A program made the translations under genes and the position numbers. A DNA stretch of 64,000 nucleotides from Deltaproteobacteria bacterium (GTDB lineage Bacteria; Myxococcota_A; Polyangia; Polyangiales; Houyiibacteriaceae). Position 1 is the first letter of the stretch; each line of letters starts with the position of its first letter. Location of the stretch: positions 64,001-128,000 of the forward strand of contig JAXMNT010000001.1 in NCBI GenBank assembly GCA_034670305.1. Direction: 5' to 3'. The notes beneath the pieces are model-generated. The model did no database searches. It saw nothing but the letters and a program-made list of their open reading frames with translations, and was not told the origin of the DNA. Positions 46,498 to 56,999 of the stretch are shown here, piece by piece.

Positions 46498-48834
46498 CTA
46501 CTGCAGATAGCCGAGCGCGCGCAGCTGCGCCGCGGTCTCGTCGTCGATGACGGTGCGCTCCGGGCGGTGGCGCCTCCGGCCCGGCTCGACTTCACCGCGG
46601 GTCTCTTGCAGCCGCAGCCCGAGCAGACCGCGCAGCCACCGGACCGTGAGCGGGTGGGTGTCTGCCAGGTCCTGTGCTTCGCCTGGGTCCTCCTGGAGGT
46701 CGTACAAGCGCGAGCGGTTGCGTGGGCGCTGCACGAGCTTCCATCGACCGACCGTGACCGTGCGCCAGTTCTCCATGAACCCGCTGACGGTCGCACGCGG
46801 TGCGTCGCCCGGCTCCCCACGCAACTCGCTGAGGAAGCTGCGTCCGGAGAGGTTCGGAGGCGCCTCCACCTCGAGCGCCTCGAGAATGGTCGGCATGACG
46901 TCGACCAGCCCCACCGGCGTCTCGATGCGGCGGGGTGCCTCGCCCGGAATGCGCACGAAGAGCGGCACGTGCAGCAGCTCCTCGTACACGCTGTGCCCGT
47001 GTCCGACCGATCCGTGGTCCCAGAATTCTTCGCCGTGATCCGAGGTCAGCAGCACCATCGTGTCGTCGGCGAGTCCGCGGCTCTCGAGTCCTTCCAAGAT
47101 CGCTCGGAAGTGCACGTCGTGGTAGCTGATCTCGCCGTCGTAGAGCGCTTCGAGGAACGCACGGTCGCGGGGGGTGGCGCGCAGTCGACCGAGTTTGATC
47201 TCTTCGAGGACCTGCGCGGTGCGTCCTGCCTGGATCGGTCCGTTGTAGTCCCCGCCGCCGTACATCTCGAGGAACGACTGCGGCGGCCGGTAGGGCACGT
47301 GCGGATCGATGGTGTGCACGTACAGGAAGAAGGGATCCTCCGCGTGGTCCTCTTGATGGGTGTCGAGCCAGGCCAGCACATCGGCCGCCACGAACTCCGC
47401 CTTGGTCCGGCGTCCTTCACGAATGTAGTTGCGGTAGGTGTCCCATCCCTGACGGAACCCGAACCGGTCGGAGACGAACCCGTTGCAGATGAACGAGCCG
47501 GTCCGGAAGCCGCTGTCCTGCAGCACCTCCGGCAACATCGTGACCGAGTTCGGCAACACCGAGCCGTCGAGCGTCGCGGAATGTTCCCAAGGCATGAGCG
47601 ACGTCAGAAGCGTGGCGACACTCGGCTTGGTCCAGTTCTCTTGCGAGTGCGCGTGCACGAACGTGGTCGCGCCGCGCGCGAAGGCCGAGAGGCCTGGCGT
47701 CTGCACCCGCGTGTCTGCGGCGTAGGGTTCGAGTCGATCCGCGCGCAACGTGTCTACGAGGATCAACAGAACGTTCTTCGGCTTCGCGAGCGTTCGCGAC
47801 TCTGGGGCCGGCACGTGCACGGCGACCTGGTGCAAGCGCAGATCGTCGCGGGCCTCGATCTCGAGCCGCACCACCGCGTCCGTCTCCGTGGCGAGGTCGA
47901 GGTCGAGCTCCCCGCGCACCAACACTTCTCGAGCCGCGCCGCCCTCTCTGCGCAAGCGCACCGTGGCCTCGCCGTCCACGAATCCGCGCAAGCGCGCGCT
48001 GGCTGGGACCTCGAGTGTCCACGCGAGCTGCCACCCCGCGTCCACCGCGACCGCTCGGCTCTCCTGCACCAAGGTCTCTCGCGGCGCCCGGCCTGCGGGC
48101 GCCGGTGCGTTCGGACCGATCCGCATCGACTTCAGCAGGAGCCCGACCCGGCCGATGCCCTCGACGGATCCAGAACGCGCCGCGCGCACGAGCAACTCGT
48201 TCTCGCCCTCGACCACCAAGGTCTCGGGCACCTCGACCGCGATCGTGCCGAAGCCTTCGCGGGGCAGCGCCGCGTCGCCGACGAACTCCCCGTTGAGGTA
48301 CAGCCGCGTGCGTCCGCCGCCTGGCGTCGATCCCACCAGTTCGATGTGCAGCTCCGCCGAGGCCGCGTGGAACTGCAACCGGCCCTGCCGACCCTCCGTC
48401 GCGAGCGCCGCGCCGCCGTCCACCTCGACCCGCCGGGAGGACGTGCTCCATCCGCCGAGCGTGTACTGCGCGGAGGACGCTTGCCCGAAGTCGACCACGC
48501 GGGTGGTGCCCTGCCAGACCTCCGCCCGCTCCATGTGGTCGAGCAAACCGAAATGGGTGCGGGTCGGCGGCGGGGGTGGCTCGGGCGGGGCCTCTGCAAC
48601 CGGCGCTGCTTCGGGCGTGGGCGCGACCGCAGGCGTCGGCGTCGGCGTGGGTTCGAGCTGGGCCGACGGCCCTTGCGAGCCGCTGCATCCGAGCGCTGCG
48701 GCGCCCCACATGACCCCGAGGCAGAGCACCCGCCAGTGCGGCCGTACGGTTCCAGGTCGCGGGGGTTGTCGTTGCGGTTGGGTCGGATCGGGGCGGCGGG
48801 TCGTTTCGTGGGCAGAGGTCACGCGGCCGAACAT
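46498..48834 (-). CDS. Sulfatase/alkaline-phosphatase superfamily lipoprotein
   Basis: NVLLILVDTLRAD, WTKPS, DPHVPY, TSDHGE, HGH, LYDLQEDPGE, LRALGY; lipobox ALGC. True start may lie downstream of 48834. Confidence 0.88.
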   Translation of the reverse strand: MFGRVTSAHETTRRPDPTQPQRQPPRPGTVRPHWRVLCLGVMWGAAALGCSGSQGPSAQLEPTPTPTPAVAPTPEAAPVAEAPPEPPPPPTRTHFGLLDHMERAEVWQGTTRVVDFGQASSAQYTLGGWSTSSRRVEVDGGAALATEGRQGRLQFHAASAELHIELVGSTPGGGRTRLYLNGEFVGDAALPREGFGTIAVEVPETLVVEGENELLVRAARSGSVEGIGRVGLLLKSMRIGPNAPAPAGRAPRETLVQESRAVAVDAGWQLAWTLEVPASARLRGFVDGEATVRLRREGGAAREVLVRGELDLDLATETDAVVRLEIEARDDLRLHQVAVHVPAPESRTLAKPKNVLLILVDTLRADRLEPYAADTRVQTPGLSAFARGATTFVHAHSQENWTKPSVATLLTSLMPWEHSATLDGSVLPNSVTMLPEVLQDSGFRTGSFICNGFVSDRFGFRQGWDTYRNYIREGRRTKAEFVAADVLAWLDTHQEDHAEDPFFLYVHTIDPHVPYRPPQSFLEMYGGGDYNGPIQAGRTAQVLEEIKLGRLRATPRDRAFLEALYDGEISYHDVHFRAILEGLESRGLADDTMVLLTSDHGEEFWDHGSVGHGHSVYEELLHVPLFVRIPGEAPRRIETPVGLVDVMPTILEALEVEAPPNLSGRSFLSELRGEPGDAPRATVSGFMENWRTVTVGRWKLVQRPRNRSRLYDLQEDPGEAQDLADTHPLTVRWLRGLLGLRLQETRGEVEPGRRRHRPERTVIDDETAAQLRALGYLQ

Positions 48835-48959
48835 AGCCCCGACGGCCGGATCCGGCGGAAAAGTGGTCGTCCGCAGTTGATTGGAGGGGAAGCGGAACGT
48901 TCTGTTATGGTCCGCGTGAATCGATGTTCGCGCGGAACGTCCTTCCTCCCACCAGGCCC

Positions 48960-49292
48960 ATGTCCTTCACCACGCTGCTCCAGCAGGCACTCCGAATCGT
49001 GCTCGTGTCCGCCACGCTCCTCGCCTCGACGGTGGCGTTCGCCGACGCGCTCGTGCACGTTCAGGTCCGCAATCCATCGAACGAACCCGTCGATGGCAGC
49101 GTGACGTTGCGGCCCCGTGCCGGCGGAGACCAGACCTACCGCTGCCAGACCGAAGGCGGCGACTGCGACATCCACGGGGTGCCGCCGGGCTTGTACACGG
49201 TCACCTTCGCGCCGCCCTCGGGCGAAGCCACCCCGCCGCGCAACGTGGTCGTGCCCGAAGGTCGCGTCACGCTCCGAGTCGCCGCCCAGTAG
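48960..49292 (+). CDS. Small secreted carboxypeptidase-regulatory-like (prealbumin-fold) protein
   Basis: Signal peptide ending AFA; GVPPGLYTVTF motif. Confidence 0.7.
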   Translation: MSFTTLLQQALRIVLVSATLLASTVAFADALVHVQVRNPSNEPVDGSVTLRPRAGGDQTYRCQTEGGDCDIHGVPPGLYTVTFAPPSGEATPPRNVVVPEGRVTLRVAAQ

Positions 49293-49397
49293 TCGGCCCA
49301 GCAGTCGGCCCTCAGTAGTCGGCCCTCAGCAGTCGGCCCTCAGTAGTCGGCCGCCCATCCCATCAGTCGGCCCAGCAGTCGGCCCAGTCGTCGGCCT
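49291..49397. repeat. Intergenic 12-14-bp tandem repeat with AGTCGGCC core (7 copies plus a variant)
   Basis: Copies at 49291, 49303, 49317, 49331, 49345, 49365, 49377; lies between convergent genes. Confidence 0.85.
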
Positions 49398-49439
49398 CCC
49401 AATCAGCTCGGAATCAGCGCGGGTGCGGCCGCCCCGCCA

Positions 49440-49892
49440 TCAGCCCGCGGGTTCCAACTGCTCACCGAGCGTGGAGACGATCCGGGTCCAGCCGCCGTCG
49501 TGGTCGTCGCGCGACGACTGGTCCGGGAACCCGACGTGCTCGAGCGTCAGCCGGGTGCGGGCACTGTCCAGGGCTTCGAATGTCAGTGCGACTTCGCTCT
49601 CGACCCCAACCGTCCGAACGGAGACCCAGGTGAACGAGAGCCGGGCCACGCCCGAGTGGTTGGGCCGCTCGATCCGGCTGTAGACGCCGTGGATCGGGAC
49701 TCGGGTCTCTCCGATCACCATCGTGAGCTCGAACGCGCCTCCGACCCGCGCGTCCACCGTGATGTCTTGCACCTCGGTGCCGGGGGCGGGTTTCATGAAG
49801 ACCGCCAATGTCTCGGGGTCGAGCCACGCGTCGAAGACGCGGGCGATGGGCGCGTTCACCATTTGCGAGAGTCGAACCGGCTGCATCGTCAT
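49440..49892 (-). CDS. SRPBCC/AHSA1-like protein
   Basis: APIARVFDAWLDP, DARVGGAF, TRLTLEH, HDGGW. Confidence 0.88.
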   Translation of the reverse strand: MTMQPVRLSQMVNAPIARVFDAWLDPETLAVFMKPAPGTEVQDITVDARVGGAFELTMVIGETRVPIHGVYSRIERPNHSGVARLSFTWVSVRTVGVESEVALTFEALDSARTRLTLEHVGFPDQSSRDDHDGGWTRIVSTLGEQLEPAG

Positions 49893-50239
49893 TCTTCGTC
49901 GTCCTCGTTCTCTTGTTCCACGTACACGGCGAGCGCCTCGAGTCGGTTGCCCCAGAAGGTCCGCGCCACGTCCAGCCACTCGACCATCGGGCCGAGCGCC
50001 TTCCAGTCGACGGAGAGGAGGTGCGCGGTGCCTTCGCGCCGCCGCACGACGAGCCCCGCCTTCTCGAGCACCTTCAGGTGTTTGCTCACGCCGTTCAGGC
50101 TCATCTCGAACGCCGACGCGATGTCACCGACGCGCATCTCTCCCGACTCGCGCAGGAGCGCGAGCACCCGGCGGCGGTTCGGATCCGCCAGCGCCTGAAA
50201 GAGAAGATCCAGGCGCGCGTCGTCGGAGTCGTTCGACAT
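49889..50239 (-). CDS. ArsR/SmtB family transcriptional regulator
   Basis: FQALADPNRRRVL...VSKHLKVLEKAGLV. Confidence 0.92.
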   Translation of the reverse strand: MSNDSDDARLDLLFQALADPNRRRVLALLRESGEMRVGDIASAFEMSLNGVSKHLKVLEKAGLVVRRREGTAHLLSVDWKALGPMVEWLDVARTFWGNRLEALAVYVEQENEDDEE

Positions 50240-50250
50240 CGTCTCGAAGG

Positions 50251-50691
50251 TCAGATCGCCAAGTCGTTCGGAAAGGGTGCACCGGTGCCCGTCTCGACGA
50301 GCGCCCGGAGACTCAGAAGGAAGGTCGCCCACTTCATGCTGCAATGCGCGAGGAACGGCGTGGTCTCTTGCCAGTCGTCGTGTCCGAACGCGAGCAACGT
50401 CCGGTTCGGCTTCTCGGGATCCGGGGTGCTCAACGAGAACCGCACTTTCGTGTCCGTCCATTCGGGCGCGCCGGACGTGCATGTCCATTCGACGCGCTGA
50501 TCGGTCTCCAAGCCGGTGACCTTCATCAAGGTGACGTGCGCCCCGAACCGGAACGCGATCTCGCCATTCAGTGTGGACTCGCCACTTGTGGTCTCGGTCC
50601 ACCAGGCGGCGAGACCATCGATGGTGGAGAGGGCGCGGAAGACGTCGGCCGGACTGGCCTCGAGGTGGATGGCGTGTCGGATGTGGGACAT
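50251..50691 (-). CDS. SRPBCC domain protein
   Basis: VFRALSTIDGLAAWWT, VEWTC, EWTDT, CSMKWATFLLSL..ETGTG.P. Confidence 0.88.
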   Translation of the reverse strand: MSHIRHAIHLEASPADVFRALSTIDGLAAWWTETTSGESTLNGEIAFRFGAHVTLMKVTGLETDQRVEWTCTSGAPEWTDTKVRFSLSTPDPEKPNRTLLAFGHDDWQETTPFLAHCSMKWATFLLSLRALVETGTGAPFPNDLAI

Positions 50692-50724
50692 GGGAAATAC
50701 CTTGGTGGGAGTCTCGGCTGTGCC

Positions 50725-50760
50725 ATTCAACTGGCAGGTTGATCAACCTATAGGTTGAAT
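50725..50760. promoter_or_regulatory. Tandem TCAAC-N6-GTTGA operator, probably for ArsR autoregulation
   Basis: TCAACTGGCAGGTTGA followed by the perfect palindrome TCAACCTATAGGTTGA, ~35 bp upstream of the operon start. Confidence 0.75.
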
Positions 50761-51086
50761 AGAGAAGAAGTCAACCTCAGCAGATGGATCGTCGAGCGTC
50801 GAACCACGACTGCACACTCCGCAAGCTGCACCGCACGTGCTGAATGCGGGGACCTGTGCTGGGCACCTTATGTGCAGAGTGCGCCGATTGAACCGATTAA
50901 CTGCGCCAGGGCGTGCCCTCAGCGGCCTGGCGTGCCATCCCGACACGCTTGTGTCTCGGGAGGCCCGCGAGAGACCAGCAACATCGTCGGTCCCCCGCAC
51001 CCAGCGGGAACCATGGACCTTTTTGGCGACTCGTTGTAGAAAGCGCCCCAACGCGGCCCGATCCCTCCGGACCGCAGGAGAACCGA

Positions 51087-53408
51087 ATGCGAGCCCAACT
51101 TCACCGCCTTGGCATCCTTCGCCTCGCCCTCCACATGCTCTGCGGCGTGTCGTTGGCCTTCGCCTCGTTTGGCGTGTCCTCGACCGCGGACGCACAGTTC
51201 GACGACGAGTTCGACGACGAGTTCGAAGAAGAAGAGACGCCACCCCCGACCACGACCACCACCGCCTCGGACGACGCGTTCGATGGCGACGATGAGTTCG
51301 ACGACGGCTTCGAGGAGGATCTCGAAGACGCCAACTCCGAGTCGGGCACGGGCGACGTGGCTGATGAAGACGAGGAAGAGGAAGACGAAGACGAGGACGA
51401 GGACGAGGACGAAGAACTCGAAGCCCGCCTCTTCCGCGCGCAGAACACCTGGTTCGGTGCCGCGGGTGGTCTTCACATCCTCGACGCCGGCGGCGGCGCG
51501 GTCGGAACGTTCCGCATCCAGCTCGCGACGGAGTTCTTCTTCGCGTCCGACTTCATCAACGTCGGCGACGACGCGGACCACATCGGTGGCGCCCTCTCGC
51601 TCGGTTGGACCGTGCACGAGAACGTCGAACTCTGGGCGAGCGTGCAGTCCTACGCGAACAGCAACAGCACCGGCGACCCCACGCTCTTTCAGGTGCTCGG
51701 CGACGCGCAGCTCGGTGTGAAGGCCTTCGGCCGCGTGCTTCCGTTCCTGACGGTTGGCGGCGACTTCACGCTTCAGCTCCTCAACACGGTCGGCGACATC
51801 GGCGTGGTCTTCAAGAGCACGAGCTTCGGCCTGCGCGCCAACATGACCCTCGACCTTCGTGGTCTCGACAACCCCGTCCCGTTCGTCGCGCGCTTCAACT
51901 TTCAGTACTACTTCGACAACAGCAACAAGCTGGTCGGAGACGTCGAGGACGCCCGCTACGCCAACCTCGAAGACCCGGCGGGCCCGGCGTCCTGCGAAGG
52001 CCTCGAACCCGGCGCGCCGTGTGAACACCGGCACCTCATCAACACCGTCGAGCGCTTCGGCCTCAACATCAACCGGACCGACTTCTTCAACATCGGCATC
52101 GGGCTCGAGAGCCCGCTTCGAGTCGGAACCGACTTCCACCTCAGCCCGCTCGTCGAGTGGCGCATGGCCATCCCGGTCAACCGCCAGGGCTTCGTCTGTC
52201 TCATCACGGACGACGGCGGCGACGAGTGCCTCGACCAGGCCGGCGTCTCCGCCTTCCCGATGGACCTGACGCTCGGTGTGCGTGTCCTGCCGCCTGTCGA
52301 TGGTCTGAGCATCTTGCTCGCCGCCGACATCGGACTCACTGGCAAGTCGACGTTCGTTCGCGAGCTCTCGCCGAACGCGCCCTACAACCTCTACCTCGCG
52401 CTCGCCTACGCCTACGACCCCTCGCCTGAAGTTCAGGCCGAGCCGGAAGTGCGCGAAGTCGAACGCCGCGTCGAAGTGCAGCTTCCCCCGCCGCTCCAGG
52501 GCCGCATCCGCGGCGAAGTGGTCGAGCAGGGCGCAGGCACCCCGGTGCCGAACGCCGTGGTTCGATTCCCCGGCCGCGACCTGACCGCGCTCGTCGCCGA
52601 CGAGGCCGGTGTCTTCACCAGCTACGCGCTCGACCCTGGCGAAGTGCAGCTCGCACTCAGCCACGACGAGTACAACGACGGCGCCTGCGTCGCGACGATT
52701 CCCGACGAGCGGCCCGAAGAGGGCGAACTCATCGTCCAGGTCCGCTGCGAACTCACCGCGCTTCCGCGCGTGGGTGCGGTCGCCGGTCGTGTGGTCGGCA
52801 GCGACGACGGCAACGGCGTCGCCGGTGCCACCATCGCGCTCACCGGCCCGGCCACCCGCAACCTCACCGCAGGCCCGGATGGCAGCTTCAGCGTCGCCGA
52901 CCTCCCGCCCGGCACCTACACGGCACGGGTCGAAGCCGAGAACTTCCTCATCAAGATGGACACCTTCGAAGTGGTCGCGCGTGAAACCGCGAACTCCACC
53001 ATCACGATCGTGGCCCGTCCGCGCAACGCGCTCGTCCGCCTCCGCGGTCGAGACATCCAGATTCGGCGCAAGATCAACTTCGCGACGAACAGCGCCGACA
53101 TCCTCCCGTCGAGCGACCCGCTCCTCACCGAGATCGCCGACGTGCTGATCCGCAACCCGCAGGTGACCGGCGTCGAGATCCAGGGACACACGGACGACCG
53201 TGGCCCGTCCGCCCGCAACCAGACCCTCTCGGCGGAACGCGCCGAGTCGGTTCGCACCTGGCTCATCGCTCACGGCGTGAACGCCTCGCGTCTGACCGCG
53301 CGCGGCTTCGGTTCGAGCAACCCGCTCGTCCCGAACATCACGCCGAGCAACCGAGCCCGCAACCGCCGCGTCCAGTTCGTCATCACCGCCCAGGCCGAAG
53401 CGCCCTAG
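51087..53408 (+). CDS. OmpA-family outer-membrane protein (acidic N-tail, barrel, two carboxypeptidase-reg-like domains, OmpA C-domain)
   Basis: [36 protein letters not shown]. Confidence 0.9.
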   Translation: MRAQLHRLGILRLALHMLCGVSLAFASFGVSSTADAQFDDEFDDEFEEEETPPPTTTTTASDDAFDGDDEFDDGFEEDLEDANSESGTGDVADEDEEEEDEDEDEDEDEELEARLFRAQNTWFGAAGGLHILDAGGGAVGTFRIQLATEFFFASDFINVGDDADHIGGALSLGWTVHENVELWASVQSYANSNSTGDPTLFQVLGDAQLGVKAFGRVLPFLTVGGDFTLQLLNTVGDIGVVFKSTSFGLRANMTLDLRGLDNPVPFVARFNFQYYFDNSNKLVGDVEDARYANLEDPAGPASCEGLEPGAPCEHRHLINTVERFGLNINRTDFFNIGIGLESPLRVGTDFHLSPLVEWRMAIPVNRQGFVCLITDDGGDECLDQAGVSAFPMDLTLGVRVLPPVDGLSILLAADIGLTGKSTFVRELSPNAPYNLYLALAYAYDPSPEVQAEPEVREVERRVEVQLPPPLQGRIRGEVVEQGAGTPVPNAVVRFPGRDLTALVADEAGVFTSYALDPGEVQLALSHDEYNDGACVATIPDERPEEGELIVQVRCELTALPRVGAVAGRVVGSDDGNGVAGATIALTGPATRNLTAGPDGSFSVADLPPGTYTARVEAENFLIKMDTFEVVARETANSTITIVARPRNALVRLRGRDIQIRRKINFATNSADILPSSDPLLTEIADVLIRNPQVTGVEIQGHTDDRGPSARNQTLSAERAESVRTWLIAHGVNASRLTARGFGSSNPLVPNITPSNRARNRRVQFVITAQAEAP

Positions 53409-53431
53409 CGTTCGACGGACTCCGTACGAAG

Positions 53432-53463
53432 AGACCCGCGCGTTCCTGACGCGCGGGTTTTTT
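53432..53463 (+). terminator. Intrinsic terminator
   Basis: ACCCGCGCGT-TCCTG-ACGCGCGGGT followed by a T run. Confidence 0.85.
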
Positions 53464-53476
53464 CGTGCCGCCGCGA

Positions 53477-53745
<269 letters not shown>

Positions 53746-53795
53746 GCTCTGCCGAATCCATTGCAGCCAGCACCGATGTCCGCGAGACTGACGCG

Positions 53796-54359
53796 GTGAT
53801 TCTGCCGCGCCATCTCTTCTCTGTTCTCCTGGGTGTCGCTGCGATCGCAGCCGCCTCACCAGCCCACGCCACCACCACGACCGCGCTCGAGATGCAGGAG
53901 CTGGTGTCGCAGTCCGATCTGGTCGCGCTGGTCGAGGTCGCCTCCCAGTCGACGCGCTTCGACGCACGCGGGCGCGTGGTCACGGACGTGCGCCTCCGCA
54001 TCGAAGACGCGATGCGGGGCGATGTCAGTTCCGGCGACGAAGTCGTGATGGTGCGGTTCGGCGGTGCGGTCGGAGACATCGGCATGCGCATCGAGGGCGA
54101 ACCGGCGTTCGTCGACGGCACGCGCTACCTCGTGTTCGGGCGCCGATGGCAAGGCGTGTACCGACCGGTCGGCATGTCGCAGGGTGTGCTCCGCGTGGAT
54201 CGCGACGCGCGCGGCGAACGCGTGTTGCCGGGTGGGGGTGGACTCTCGCTGGTTCGGCGCACCTCGGAAGGCCGTGTCGTGCCCGCGGCCGCGGCGATGC
54301 TTCGGCCACGCTCGCTCGATGCCGTGGTCGGGGAGATCCGCGACCTGCTCGCCCGATGA
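53796..54359 (+). CDS. Secreted protein resembling the N-terminal partner domain of matrixin-like proteases
   Basis: Signal peptide [12 protein letters not shown]...GRVVTDV...GG.VG...VGMSQG. Confidence 0.7.
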   Translation: MILPRHLFSVLLGVAAIAAASPAHATTTTALEMQELVSQSDLVALVEVASQSTRFDARGRVVTDVRLRIEDAMRGDVSSGDEVVMVRFGGAVGDIGMRIEGEPAFVDGTRYLVFGRRWQGVYRPVGMSQGVLRVDRDARGERVLPGGGGLSLVRRTSEGRVVPAAAAMLRPRSLDAVVGEIRDLLAR

Positions 54360-54366
54360 CCGCGCG

Positions 54367-55230
54367 ATGACGGTCCGCGCTTCGCTCCTCGCAGTGGTCG
54401 TCCTGAGCGGCTGGTCCTCGTCCGCGTCCGCGTACTGCCGCTTGACCACTTCGGACGCCAACCCGGAGGGGCGCGCCTGCGTGGAAGAAGGGCGGCCGCT
54501 CGAGTGGCGCCGCGGCTGCATCGGGTACTCGCTCGAAGCGATGGGCAGCCGGTTTCACACCTTGGAGGACGCGCGCGCGGTCGCCGGCCGGAGCTTTGGC
54601 GCATGGCTCGCCGCCGCCTGCCCCGAAGGTCCGCTCCCCCTGCAGATCGTCGAGACGGAAGAACTCGTGACCTGCACGCGACCGGAGTACGACGGAGACG
54701 ACGGAAACTCGAACGTGCTCTCGTTCCGGGGCGACTGGCCGGAGGAGTACTCGGCCGGTGCATTCGCGATCACGACCGTGTTCCACTCGCGCAGCACCGG
54801 CGAGATCCTCGACGCGGACATCGTGATCAACGAAGAACACTTCGAGTGGACCATCTGTCCGGAGCGCGGCTGCGTCCGCGACGAGTCGGGCGAGTTCACC
54901 CAAGTCGATTTCGAGAACGTGCTCACCCACGAGGTCGGACACTTCCTCGGGCTCGCGCACTCCGACCGCGGCGGCAGCGTGATGGATCCGGGCTCGCCGA
55001 TCGGCGACACGAACAACCGGGTGATCCGCACCGACGACCGAACCGGCGTCTGCGAGACTTACCCACCTGGCACCGACTACGGCGAGTGCGACTTCGAACC
55101 CCGGGGCGGCTTCGACCCGAGCTGCGAAGGGGAGGGTGGCTGTTCGGCGGGGGCGCCGATCGGTGGCGCCGGTGGGTTCGCCGCCCTCGCCGCCCTGGTG
55201 CTTGTGCGCAGGGGCTCGCGTCGAACCTGA
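54367..55230 (+). CDS. Matrixin-family (M10-like) zinc metalloprotease with MYXO-CTERM
   Basis: GEILDADI, HEVGHFLGLAH, Met-turn SVM, C-terminal GGC + TM + RR. Confidence 0.9.
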   Translation: MTVRASLLAVVVLSGWSSSASAYCRLTTSDANPEGRACVEEGRPLEWRRGCIGYSLEAMGSRFHTLEDARAVAGRSFGAWLAAACPEGPLPLQIVETEELVTCTRPEYDGDDGNSNVLSFRGDWPEEYSAGAFAITTVFHSRSTGEILDADIVINEEHFEWTICPERGCVRDESGEFTQVDFENVLTHEVGHFLGLAHSDRGGSVMDPGSPIGDTNNRVIRTDDRTGVCETYPPGTDYGECDFEPRGGFDPSCEGEGGCSAGAPIGGAGGFAALAALVLVRRGSRRT

Positions 55231-55240
55231 GGTGCGGGCT

Positions 55241-56089
55241 ATGCTGGCGCTCGTGCGCTTGCCTGCTTTGGTCCGGATGATGTTCGTGGGGTGCCTTGCC
55301 GCGTCGGCCACTGCCTCGGCCCAGTCCGCTGACGAGTCCGACGAAGCCGAAGCGTCGTCTCCCTCGGCGCTCGATGATCGGGCCCGCGCCCACTTCGTGC
55401 TCGGCCGGTCCCAGTACGACGGCGGGGAGTACGCGGCGTCGATCGAGCAGTTCGAAGCGGCCTTCGAGATCAGCGGCCGCTCCGCGCTCCTCTTCAACCT
55501 CTACCAGGCGCACCACCGCAACGGCGACCTGGCCGAAGCCATCGACTACCTCGACCGCTACCTTGCGAGCGACGCCCAGGTCACCGATGCAGACCGGACG
55601 ACACTCACCGCGCGTCTCGAGAACCTCCGCGCTCAGAAAGCGGAAGAAGACGCGGCTGCGGCTGCGCGCGCCGAAGCCGAGGCAGCCGAAGAAGCCCGCC
55701 GGCTCGCGGAGCTCGAGAGGGCGCAGCAAGAAGCGTCGAACCCGGTCCGGACCGCGGGCTGGGTCGTGCTCGCGGTCGGTGCCGCATCCACCGCGGCGTT
55801 CGGTCTCTTCGCTGGTCTCGCGCTGGCGGAAGACTCGAACCTTGCCGGGACCTGTGGCGCCGACGCGGGCGCGTACTGCTCGGACAGCGAACTCGGCCGG
55901 CTTCAGACGTTGACCCGCGCGGCCGACGTCAGCATCGCCGTTGGCGCTGCGGGTCTCGTGACCGGCCTGGTCCTGCTTCTGGTCTCTCGGCCGGACGCCG
56001 ACGATGCGGGTGGCGAGCAAACGACCTTCCGGCTCGAGCCGAGCCTGAGCGCCCAGCGTGCTGGCCTTTCCGTGCGGGGGACGTTTTGA
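55241..56089 (+). CDS. TPR protein with C-terminal TMs and beta strand
   Basis: ARAHFVLGRSQY...FEAAFE...LLFNL; ends VRGTF. Confidence 0.8.
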   Translation: MLALVRLPALVRMMFVGCLAASATASAQSADESDEAEASSPSALDDRARAHFVLGRSQYDGGEYAASIEQFEAAFEISGRSALLFNLYQAHHRNGDLAEAIDYLDRYLASDAQVTDADRTTLTARLENLRAQKAEEDAAAAARAEAEAAEEARRLAELERAQQEASNPVRTAGWVVLAVGAASTAAFGLFAGLALAEDSNLAGTCGADAGAYCSDSELGRLQTLTRAADVSIAVGAAGLVTGLVLLLVSRPDADDAGGEQTTFRLEPSLSAQRAGLSVRGTF

Positions 56090-56892
56090 TCCGTTCGCTC
56101 ACTCTGGCCTCGGTGCTGTGCGCCTTTGGCTGCTCGGTCGTCTTCGATGGAGACCGCCACACCGGCAACCCACCGCCGGTCGAAGACGGCGGCCCGCCCC
56201 CGGATGCGGGTGCACAACCGGTGGCCTCGTCCGACGCGTGCAACCGGTTCGCGAACGTGATCTGCGAGGCGGTCTTGCGGTGCTGCTCCGTTCAACGCGA
56301 CGGCTGCGTGGGCCGGGAAGAGACCTGCCTCCGCGACTGTGTGAACGCGTACCAGACCACGTGTCTCGAAACGATCGTGCCGTTCACCACCGACCCGATC
56401 GCCGGCTACGACCCACAGATTGCGGGTCAGGTGCTCTGGGATCTGGCCGGAGGCGCGGCCAGCTGCGATCCCCGCGTCGTCGAGATTTTCGCGTACGACT
56501 ACATCGACATCCCACCCGGCAGTCTGAGCGCGGGCGACACCCGCTGCGACCCCCTCGATGGACTCGAGTTCGACGTGGTGCGGGCGCTCTACTGCGAGGG
56601 GGATCTCGAATGCGTCTCGAACGGCGGTCTCTTCGGCACGTGGATGTGTGGCGCCCAACGCGCCGCCGGGGAACCCTGCGTGACCTACCTCGAGTGCCAG
56701 GACGGACTCGGGTGCGGCGTCGGCGGGGTCTGCGGCGCCCGCCAGCCGGCCGGGGGCCCCTGTCGTCTCGCGGGGGACTGCGTCTCGGCCATTTGTGTGG
56801 GGGCGGACGCGATGCCGGGGCGCTGTTTGGAGCTCAACGAGTACAACGCTTACTGCGTTTCCCTCGGTGGGGCCGAGCCAACCGACATGTAG
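56086..56892 (+). CDS. Cys-rich lipoprotein (Dickkopf-like Cys modules)
   Basis: Lipobox AFGC; GEPC...ECQDGLGC; overlaps the previous stop. Confidence 0.75.
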   Translation: MIRSLTLASVLCAFGCSVVFDGDRHTGNPPPVEDGGPPPDAGAQPVASSDACNRFANVICEAVLRCCSVQRDGCVGREETCLRDCVNAYQTTCLETIVPFTTDPIAGYDPQIAGQVLWDLAGGAASCDPRVVEIFAYDYIDIPPGSLSAGDTRCDPLDGLEFDVVRALYCEGDLECVSNGGLFGTWMCGAQRAAGEPCVTYLECQDGLGCGVGGVCGARQPAGGPCRLAGDCVSAICVGADAMPGRCLELNEYNAYCVSLGGAEPTDM

Positions 56893-56999
56893 GTGGTCTT
56901 TCGGGGCGCCATTTGGGCGCGCCGGCGCCAATCGGCGAGACCCGCCCGCATCCTGTGACGCTTGACGCACCTTCGACAAGGCGCGTATTCACCGAGGCC

